Below are positions 12,801 through 22,659 of a DNA stretch of 64,000 nucleotides, one piece after another. This stretch comes from Pavona decussata. Its lineage: Eukaryota. The DNA is taken from positions 372,001-436,000 of the forward strand of contig CDRNST010000131.1 in the NCBI GenBank assembly GCA_977016875.1, read 5' to 3'. Numbering within the stretch: position 1 is the stretch's first letter; each line of letters starts with the position of its first letter. The translations under genes were made by a program, and so were the position numbers. The notes under the pieces are model-generated. The model ran no database searches. It saw nothing but the letters and a program-made list of their open reading frames with translations, and was not told the DNA's origin.

Positions 12801-15800
12801 GTCTTCCTAGTTTTTGGAGTTGGCCAGAAGTGGAGTAAAATAAATAACTTAGTAACTGCGTTGAAACCTTTTGGATTTAAAAATAATTAGGTTCCATGAC
12901 TTTCAACGTTTTTAAACACAATCTTTTCACCTGATATGGCTGATTATTTCTCCTTGAAAAAATACATTCGCCCATGTCTGTAAATAACGGTGGCAAGCAC
13001 AGCTGCACCCCATCCCCTCCCCCTCAATTTCTCACTCACTCCCCGATGTAACAATAAAAAATTGTTTCTTCGTTTTTGTCAAATTTTAGTTGATTTACAC
13101 GTCATTCGCGTTGTCCATTTTAAAAGCTGGCAAACGTTGTGAGGGTTCGTTGTGTATCCCCTTACAAATAAAAGCAATATACACTTACCACTTTTCATTT
13201 CCTTCCTAGTCCATACGTACGCAATTTGAGGATTAAAAATCGACGGTTGCGCGGGAATAGTGCTACACAAGTCTTTATTATAGCATTTAACAGCGAAACA
13301 GTTCTGACCCAACATGAAGGCCAGGTTACACGAGGACTGCTGACAGCATGTTGCGTAGCATTCCTTTATGCTGCCTACTTTCCCGGTGTCCGTAAAATCA
13401 CCGGCTTTCAGACCTCCTTTCAGTGTTACCTTGGTTAGTGGCTTCACTGCAGGGCAGCTAAATTTGTCTTCGGATGAATCACTAACAAAAACTGAAATGA
13501 ATACAGGATAGAAAATTAAAACTAGAATAGAGTGCAGAGAAAAACAATTACCTTCCGTTTCTCAACAAAAGAACAACCCTACTTCCGTTAAGATGAATCG
13601 AAATTTGTCTTATGTTTTCGACTTCAGAACAATTTGTTTATTCATTACACATCTCTCCAGGTGAAGACTCTAAACCCTAGTAAGGTTTACATGGCTATAC
13701 TTTCACAGTAAGTTTGTCTGAAAACAATAGACCATTTCCGATTGCTTTGAACCTCATTATGAAAGCGAGGCTAAGTGCAAAGTATTTGTTTTGAAAATTA
13801 GTCTTTATTCATACGCAAACAAAGCTAATTTTCATATGAAAAGTTTTGCACTTAGCCTCGCTTTCATAGTGAGGTTCACAGCAACTCGAAAATGGGCTAT
13901 TCTGTTATGAGAATACCTCCAATGGTGTTTTGGCTCGTTTTTTATTACTCATTCCCAGTTTGGAATAGTTAGAAACTTATTTCATAACACGCCAGTCATT
14001 CTACCATTTGGAGCAGAATGAACAGGATTAAGAAGCTTTCATTTTTTTTCTCGGAATAGTTTATTTTTTTTTTTTTATATACCATCCGCTCTAATCTTTC
14101 TTCTTATTCGGTTCATTGACAGTCTTGAAGAGATCCCACACCCCCCTCCCCTCCCGCCCTCAATCTTGACTCTGGATGCAAATGGTTATTTGTAACTAAA
14201 AGTAACCCACCTGTGTGCTTGACACCTTCTTTATTCCACCGTTCAATATAGGTCACTGATGGATGATAAGGTGAAGGCTTCGCTTTTTGTATTTGACAGT
14301 TTTTGCCTTCTGAACACCCAACAAGATAACATCTACTAGAGAGCATGAATGCCAAATCACACGCTGCAAACTCGCAACATTTACTTGAACATTCCTCCAT
14401 ACTTTGGACAGAGCCTACGTCTTTGTATGTCCCTGCGTTAATTCCTCCTTTTAAAGTCACTTCTTTAAACACTTTCCCTGCTCTACATTGGCCCGCCATT
14501 GTGGGGTTTACACTGTCTGATTGTTGGCCCTGGGCTATGAGGCCCTTAGGCGTGTTAGCTGAAGACGACCCTGCTTGATTTGGGCCCAAGAATCCATTTG
14601 GATGCGGTTTCACATTTGAAGTGAAATTCGGTGTTATGAATGCAAGTGATGTGTTATCTGCAAAGATTACAAATTATAAATGTTTTATTATCAGTTCAAT
14701 AAGAGACTATCAACACCTAATTTTAGATCAAATAGAAGAAGGATCCTTGCAGTTACTACGCAACTTAAGCAGTTGCGAAAAGAAATCCTGAATTTTTTTT
14801 CAGGCTTTCTTTTCGCAACTGCTTAAGTTGCGTAGTAACTGCGAGGATCTTTCTTTCATTTGATCTTTCATCCGCAGTTCAAAATATATGTCTCATATAT
14901 TCATATCTACCTAATTTTTGAGTGACTAATTTAATTGCAATCCAGACATTCACCGTATCTTCTCAAACTAGCGTTCTGGACGTTCTCTTGAGCTTTGTAT
15001 TTTTGCCTTATTGTCTAAAATGCAAGCCGATTTATTAATGCTGATTGTTCTTTCTGACCAATAGACGCGGAGCTAATTTGCCGAAAGAGACGGCGAATGC
15101 TACATTTACCCATAATTCTTAGCGCACGAGAACCCTAAAAACGCTCATAAAAACGCACAGAGAAACCTAGCACACACGATGTTGTCAGTAAAGGGACGAA
15201 TTTTGCAAAACAATATGGCTTACTATGCGACTATTGGCTGTGTTAAGTTAGCAATATATTGTGGCAAAATGTACGGGTGCCATCTATTCCCGTGGATTCA
15301 GCCTTTACTTGTCTCGTGCGCTATTTTAAAATTCTTGTTTGTGGTCTGCGGTTGTTGTATTTGAGGGCTCGAAACTAGAGTGGGACAACGCACGAAACTG
15401 CGAATTACACCTAATGAACAAACAAATCGCTTCAAAGTGTGCTACACAACAATACGGATATTAAAGATAAAATACTTTCTAATTTTTAGTAGAGTGTAAA
15501 TTTATTAAGCTTTTGTTGTTGGAATTAGCGCACTTTGCTTCAGACCCCTTCAGTTGTCGTGACTTCAAAGGGAACACGGTATGCTAGCCTCCTGGGCACC
15601 AATCCTGGACAGATGGATACCCATAATAGGGCCGCCTAACTTTCAGAATCTACTGCTATGTTACTTGTCCAGTTGTGTGTGCTTGAATTAGAAAGAGTAC
15701 GATAAAAATTTAATTGTAACAGTTGGCTTTAAGTCGCTAATCCAAGTGCTGGCGGACGAGTCAAAATACACAAAATATTGGTGTTGTTGTTGTTTTTTTT

Positions 15801-17348
15801 TTAGCATCTGATACGTATAAATATCGCAAACCCGTGTGCATACTTGTCCGTTCCTACCAGTCTAGAAATTTGCAGTTCACGTACCTAAAACTTCAATTCA
15901 AGGTAACATTGAGTACTAAAGTATTCAAGTTTTGCTCTTGCCGGCAGCTAGTATTAATTCATTGAAAAATTATACTAGAGGCAAAATTTCGTTTTAGAAT
16001 GAAATGTGCTTTTAAAGTGCAAGAACATTACTTTTGGCCGTACCATATTTCGGAATCGTTTTGAAATAGGACATTTTAGCAACAATACAAAAGTGAACCA
16101 GTTAGAAAAACATTTGAAACGATTAGTACGAAATTATCGCGATCGTATTGTCTCAAAAACTAACTGAAAAACCCGTTAAGTGCAGTTCACATCAGTTCAT
16201 ACAGCATCGATTGCCATTTCATATAAATCAAGCTTCATTTGTTTTTATTTCTTTACCTTTTTCTCCCCTATAAGATGAAGTTACTTGCAAGCTACATGCT
16301 ACATGGACCGTTTTTACTGGCTGAAGACTCACAAAGCTTGCTTGTCGGTTTACGAATCAAAATTTACTGATTTGCAATTTTAGATAAGGTAAAAATAATT
16401 CAGTGCTTGCACGCCAGTATAAATATAAAGAAAATTTTAGTTTTCCTTATCAAGTTATTTTTAAAGCGGGTATTTACCAAACGTTTTCAGTTTATAATTT
16501 TCTTGTACCTGTTTGCACCATTCTTCCACGCCGGGTGGTCTCCGCCTTCCTTTCAGGCTTTCAAGTCCGAAAATAATCAAAGATTAATGAGTTTAATCGC
16601 CGTAAAAATCATCTTTCGCTCCACTGAAATTTGTCTCCCAGGCGCAAAATCAGCCGTCAAATGGACCGCAAACTCGCGAGTGCTGGCCATCGAAACAGCA
16701 TTTTGAAAATAAAACTGAGACTAACAAACCATTTAAAATGGGTTTCCCGTGTGCAAGAAGCAAGCAATTTCAATGCCACGTCAGTGTTTTACAATTCATC
16801 TCTATTGAATTACGCCTAGCTTTTCATTTAAACTGATTGTGATTAAAAATCCCAAGCCAACAGCGACTTAAAGGCCAACAAAGCTTGTTATTAACCGCCG
16901 GTCCGTGCACTAACCTTTTTTGTGGCCCGTTCTCACGTGCGCAATAAGAACCCTGATATCTGATGTATCAGTAGCCGTCGACTTGCACTCTTCATCGCTC
17001 ACGCATTCAACTCCATAACACTTAGCCGCAGAGAGGAAAGCAACATCACAAGTCGATGTTTTGCAACACAGCTCAATACAAGACTCCATGCTTGTCACTT
17101 TACCAAGAATTCTGAACGTGCCAGCTCCTATACCGCCCTTTAGCGTGACATTCTCCTCGATTAGTGTTTTCTTACAATTTTGGAGGTAGTCAGTGCTCGC
17201 GACTAGTGTAGACATATACACGAATAAATATTAGTCGATCGACAATTCATGCACACACAACTGGATGAATGAACAGAATTAATCTGCACCAAATTTGCTT
17301 ACCTTTACAAAGAGCGCAGAGGCATAGAAGCAATACGCGAATGTACAT
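6014..17348 (-). CDS. Gene B: type I membrane protein with 7 tandem MANEC/KIAA0319-N-like 8-Cys domains (about 1065 aa, 12 coding exons)
   Basis: Exons 17348-17303, 17202-16915, 14657-14211, 13491-13189, 12705-12397, 11556-11200, 10366-9776, 9121-8801, 8404-8066, 7106-7016, 6741-6677, 6054-6014. All GT-AG and phase-compatible, summing to 3198 nt. Signal peptide MYIRVLLLCLCALCKVAS; repeat C..LxGGxxAGxF..CxxxCCxxxxCDxAxM..CYxVxC..C; TM WMIVYIIVASLAFVAGIGGVIWAVCIC; short tail ending PMPRY*. Confidence 0.85.
6100..6255. repeat. (TCAA)n/(TCGA)n/(TCAG)n tetranucleotide microsatellite
   Basis: Direct reading; lies in the last intron of gene B. Confidence 0.9.
6779..6820. repeat. (CAT)n microsatellite
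   Basis: Direct reading; explains the poly-Met ORF 6629-6820. Confidence 0.95.
7485..7819. mobile_element. TTAA-flanked MITE (Kolobok-like)
   Basis: 12-bp TIR GGACGGTGCCTA with TTAA at 7481-7484 and 7820-7823; internal imperfect inverted repeat of about 100 bp. Confidence 0.8.
10455..10632. mobile_element. Palindromic MITE, copy 1
   Basis: Fold-back along its length (AATAGGCCATTTCCGAGTTGC...GCAACTCGAAAACGGTCTATT); second copy at 13726-13901. Confidence 0.85.
13726..13901. mobile_element. Palindromic MITE, copy 2 (inverted relative to copy 1)
   Basis: Its right arm is the reverse complement of the left arm of copy 1 (GTTGCTGTGAACCTCACTATGAAAGCGAGGCTAAGTGCAAAACTTTTCATATGAAAATTAG). Confidence 0.85.
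14725..14908. mobile_element. Fold-back insertion with 10-bp target-site duplication
   Basis: Near-perfect hairpin 14725-14866 plus a 42-nt unpaired tail; ACCTAATTTT at 14715-14724 and 14909-14918. Confidence 0.75.
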
Positions 17349-19420
17349 ATTTCTTGGTGCTTTCACGTCGCCTTCAGCCACACTGAAACATTCTTTACAG
17401 TTTTAGAACCAAGCAGTGTAATCGTAGCGATTCTAGAAAATAAAACCGTAAAACAACGGGCAATTTCAACTTTTTTCCATAGTAAGATTATATCCCTTTG
17501 TAATGAAGGAAAGGGAAAGCTACTCCATTCCGCAGAACAATGGACTACAATTACATCATCATTGGCTTGTTCGTCGTCCAATCAAGTTGTGAAGTTGGTT
17601 CACGTGACATAAAAGTGCAAAATCTGCTGGGTTGTTTTTAAGTCATTAGAGTCACAAGCATACCGTCATAGATGAAGAATTTCAAAAGACCGCTAACGTG
17701 AAACCGTGACTGGTACCACAATATACCTGTGTTTTTGTTTGACACACAATTCACGAACGCCACTATATGTTACGATGGACTTATACGCTTTATTTATTTT
17801 ATTCTGTAAAAGGATAATAGAATATAAAGATTGACTGTTATTTCACCCAAGTTGATGTGTTCAAAAATAGTTTCACTACACGAGAGATGTCAAGAAAAAG
17901 CTATTGATGTAAGTCACTTAAGGTGTTCGAATTCATGCCATAACTTCAACACTCGCTTAATATATGGTAACGTTTTTTTTATTTTTAAATAAACTTTAAA
18001 ATGAAAATGTTAAATTTACGATATCCGTAGAGATCTTGTTTGGTTGAGACGGTTGTAGCTGGGTTCAAACTGATTTGTGTCAGTTTCTTTGAGACAAAGG
18101 CATTATCGGACGATTAAAGTTCTCTCAAGGAATTAATCACGTGACTAAACTGAATTTAAATGGTTTATTATCGACGGAGGGAATCCCCTAAGTGATAGAA
18201 GGTTAGTCTTCACACGTGCTTTCTGCATTTCCAAAGTGCTAAAATCAATTCTAAACTAAAAAACACTTATCATATCCTGGGCTAGCAGAAACAATAAAGA
18301 TTATTTTCATTTTGAGAACTCGCGTCTTACTCACCAGGAAGTAAGACATAGCTATTTATTTTTCTTCCGGTTAAAACTAATTTGGTTCAGTTCCTTCTAA
18401 AATTTCTGAGTATACCTTAACAAAATTTACCCTATTCAGTAATCATATCGTATTTGTCTTTTAACGTCAACCACTTTTTCGCCTCCAAACATTTTCTTGC
18501 TACGCATCACTAAGATGTGGCTCCGGTTCGTTACACAATTGATTTTTCCAACGGTACCCTGAGAGTAAACGATTTTAGGAGACTAAGCATTAGCTTCAGC
18601 AGTAAGCTCCAACAGTATCGATCCCAAGGCTCTTGACGACGTATAACTATTGTAGTTACATTTAGAACGTATCTCCTCTAACTAAGCTGCTAAAAATGTT
18701 CGAACGAGTTAATTATTTTCCAAGAACCGCGGTGACGTTTCAAGAAGGCAATCAAAAAAAGAAAAGGTGATTGGAAGTCCATTTCTGATCCATGAAGTAA
18801 TAATAGGCAAATTCTCTCCAAAATCATTGAAGCAGATACACATGCTGCTCGCTTGACTGCTCAAATGACTCGTGTGGAAAAGAGTTTGTACGGATCAATA
18901 CCTTTTCTTAATAGCAATGAATTACGACATAACATGTTTGGAATCGCTCAGCGAAACTTTCGCTCTCAAAACGGCAAATTGAACAAACTTTCCAATTTTG
19001 TTTTGAAAACATAAAGTACAGAAAGGAACTAAGCGCACAGCTTTGAAGCTCACACTTTAATAGTATTTTATACACAGACATAAGTAAAGTACAAACCATC
19101 AATTGCAACGAAACAGGATAATAGCGTGCAGCTCACCCCTCGTCAAAACCCTCGTAAGAAATTGATACCTGCAGTGACTCATATAAATGCATTGTTCGTC
19201 GTGGAAGACATTCTGCAGTGTTCTTTAAACTGCTGTACGCCAGTTTACAGGCACTTCACGCAAATAATAAGAGCCAATCATCCAAAATCCCAACAAGCAT
19301 GAGGCTGGCCGGTTGGCTATTTATAACCGTGTCGCAGGAACTGAACTCGGAACAGCCGTGAAATAACTCCAGCTAAGAATTAGCGGCCCGTTTCTATGAT
19401 GTTCCATAAACTTACCGAGA

Positions 19421-19482
19421 CAATCTCGTAGACAGAGCCCTCAGGGTATTTGACCAGCGGTTGGCCTCTCGGTACGAGATTG
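19421..19482. mobile_element. 62-bp minimal TIR element with decayed 9-bp TSD
   Basis: CAATCTCGTA...TACGAGATTG; flanks TTACCGAGA and TTACCAAGT (7/9 match). Confidence 0.6.
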
Positions 19483-19537
19483 TTACCAAGTAGGAAAACA
19501 ATATATTCCCTTCAATACGACGTCCACATTTCAGACT

Positions 19538-19695
19538 ATAGGTGGTTTGCATTGCCGCCATGTTGGTGTACTAAACAAAAGAAAATTTGTTCAGATAGTT
19601 TGCATAAAACTGGAAGTTAACTCCCAGAGGAAAAAAATCTTTTTGTTCCTGTACACCAACATGACCGCCATGACGTCACATGCAAACCATCAATA
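19538..19695. mobile_element. Palindromic MITE
   Basis: TATAGGTGGTTTGCA...CATGTTGGTGTAC is mirrored by GTACACCAACATG...TGCAAACCATCAATA. Confidence 0.7.
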
Positions 19696-19914
19696 CGTCA
19701 CACCGCTTCCAGTTTTTATCAATGCACTCAGCTGTTAATTAAGAGCATATATATTTCCTGGCTCTATTGGTAATGTAGAAGTAAAGGTTTTGAAAAGAAA
19801 ATAAGAACATTGAAAAAAATACGACGTCCTCACGTATGTACCTTGAACGCGTTTGTGTCATTTGGAAAATAATTCGATGCACACATAAAAACCCAAAGCG
19901 ACCATTCAAATAGG

Positions 19915-20262
19915 ATAAGGGAGTTAGTTTCTAAAGAAACTGCGGTACTGGGACTCTGGGGCCTTGGAAACGAACATTTGATTTTATCAAGGTGATCTGG
20001 CCACCGTAAAGAGCTTCGACCCGTGAGTTGACGTTAGGAGAGTTAGGCCTTCGTCAGAGCGAATCAAGGAGTTGTGGACTGTACATGGGTAATATAGTGA
20101 ACATTTGGACTACGCTATTGGTGGCAGCATGGCAACGTGTCAGACAAAAATAAATCAGTTGAATGAAAAACGTTTGTTCATTCCGTGGAGAGTTAGAGTG
20201 CCGATTTGGAAGATGAATTTCTGCTCTAAACTTTTTCGGCCTTCTGTATTACTAAGAATCTC
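19915..20262 (-). mobile_element. Penelope-like retroelement 3' remnant (GIY-YIG C-terminus plus pseudo-LTR)
   Basis: Minus-strand peptide NTEGRKSLEQKFIFQIGTLTLHGMNKRFSFN* matches the recalled end of Penelope GIY-YIG endonucleases. It is followed by a decayed hammerhead-like motif CTCTGACGAAGGCCTAACTCTCCTAACGTC. Confidence 0.75.
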
Positions 20263-22642
20263 GTTTTCTGCCGCTAATTTTTGTCCTCCCCGAGAAGGAG
20301 TGGAAACGAACAGGAAGGAGAGGGGGAGAGGGAAGGAGAGGGAAAAATTTGGGGAGAGGGAGGGGAGGGAAGGGGAGGAGGGGGGGGGGGGGAGGGCGAG
20401 CTCATCTTCCTTAACAGCGGCTAGCAATCGAGGCTACTATTCAAAAGACCACTTAGTTTGCCTAATTATTAAGTTGGTGGCGTAGTCTATCGGTTGAAAG
20501 GACTGCCTTGTATTTCCTCAAGCGCAAGGTTCAAGAACTCTTCTGTGATCACTAGCCGAATATCTAAGATGTTATCGCTAGTTCTTAGCCTACCACTAGA
20601 GAGTGACGGATATAGCATTGTTTATGCTGTGCTAAATATATATTGTATCTAACGAGGCCATCATATTGTAATTAATACCAAATTTATACGGGACTGAATG
20701 ACTCGTTTGTCCTGAGCTGTAAAAAAAAAAGAAACAAAACAATTCAGTAAAGATTCTTCAGGTTCAATTTAAGTGTCGCAATACCCTACGAACCTAAAAC
20801 AGCCAATAGGCAGATGGAAAGCTATACTTTTCGTGAAATTGGCCCATGTACTAACAACATTGTGTATGCTAAGTTTGAAGATTTTATAACTTTTCTGTAC
20901 GTTTTTATGAAAGTCCTGGGGCTAAGAACTGCCGACCACTTCAGGGCGTTTGGGGTAAGGGTGGGGAGGTAAAGGCAGCCGCTTTACTTTTAAGCGTTTA
21001 AGCGTTTGAACAAGAAAACAAAGTGAAGGTTGGCAACAAATGTACAATCTCTACAAAAACGGTATGTTTATTCACACTTTGAGTTCTATTATAAAACATC
21101 TACTGTAGATCCCACGTACTATTTCAGTAATAGTACTTTGAGCTGGCCATGGAGGACTGGAACGTTAGTGTTTGTCACAGAAAACTAACGTCCAGTTTCT
21201 CGTTATGTCTCTTTAATATATCTTTCACTCTAAATAAAGTGACGCCGTCACTGTACGAAGCCCCACTCTCCATTTCTATCAACAAGCCCCTTAGGGTAGA
21301 ACCACTGATTAATATGTACTTAAGTTTTACATGATCATGATGTACTGTTAAATGTACGTTGGAGTAAAAGCATTTTATTGACCTCGCCATCTAGAAATCC
21401 TAATGAAGGAAAAGGAATCTAAGAAAATTGGCTAAGTTGATTCCTACCAATGCTTGAACTGGTTAGAACTCTTATACCATTTGTCGCGGATGCTCATGTC
21501 AAGATGAAGTGCACGAGAAGTGTACACACTCTATGCGTCAAAATCATAGCTTCTGCTATTAACAACTGTTACATAGTTATGTTTAATTGCACACGGGTTT
21601 CAGATTTCCTCCCGGCGTTGGAAAAAGATGGCGACGCCTTATCGCATGTCAATTGTAATTTTCTGTTGCTTTTGAAATCATACCAGCTAAATCATTATTG
21701 CACTGCAGATAGTGAAGGGGACTTTATTTTCGTTTTACTATCAATATGAATTAAAAGGCCAGCCACAAATGTTTTAGGTCGCTAAGTAAATAAGACTTTT
21801 TTTTGAAAAGATCGGTGAAGGAGAACAACGTTTTAGGTTAGCTACCACTAACTCTACAATGAATAAAAAACAACCATGTAAAATTAAAGTCCTAGATAGA
21901 AGTGTATTTAATCTTTTTACAACTGTCTGGCTAGTTATGTCCATTCAAATAAACTTCACACTTAACCACGCAAGGCACTTGATAAACACAAGAAAAGTGA
22001 AGGCAGGAGGGTCCCTCCCTCATACATTTCCCATTTAATTGTTGAGGTTATTTTTAGACTTTGAGCAACGCTAATTACATCAATTGATATATTTAACAGT
22101 TATCTAACTAAGCGGAGGTGGATGGTTATTCCCGGCTCGGTAAGTATCTGATGAAAATAAGTATTGGTGTATATCAAACTAGGGTTTAGCTAGCCCCACA
22201 CAGTGAATATCACCCGGAGTTAAAGAAGCCAATCAGAACGGCATCCACTGGTTTTGTATGTAACATTCACATTGCCGCTTGATCTTCAAGATTTCAGCGA
22301 AGGAAAGTTGACGAAGCATGCGAGCAACGCCTAATCCGTGGAGGAATCACGATGATAATAATTTATAAATTAATTAAAAGAAATTTCCATTAAGGAGGAA
22401 GAGACTCTAGGCCGTTTATCTCTTTGTAGGCGGAAGGCAGAAAACCTTGTACCAGCTGGTTGCAAGCGTATAACATTTTCTTTTTTCAGGGTTATTCCAA
22501 CGCCCAAAGTTATTAATTGTGCAGGTAAGCCACATAGATAAGAGTTTACTTCTTTTAGGCAGAGACTAAAGTTGCTTTATGGTACATCAGTCAGTACGTA
22601 GTTCATAGATATTGACCTAGAACAGCACATATTGTATATTAT

Positions 22643-22648
22643 TTTATT
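22643..22648 (-). promoter_or_regulatory. Candidate polyadenylation signal of gene A
   Basis: AATAAA on the - strand about 12 nt after the stop codon; AT-rich context makes this weak evidence. Confidence 0.45.
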
Positions 22649-22659
22649 TTATAAACCTC

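Noticed and set aside
16257-16320. Possible extra exon of gene B
   Set aside because: It has AG/GT borders but about 64 nt breaks the frame, and phase-1 reading hits TAG.
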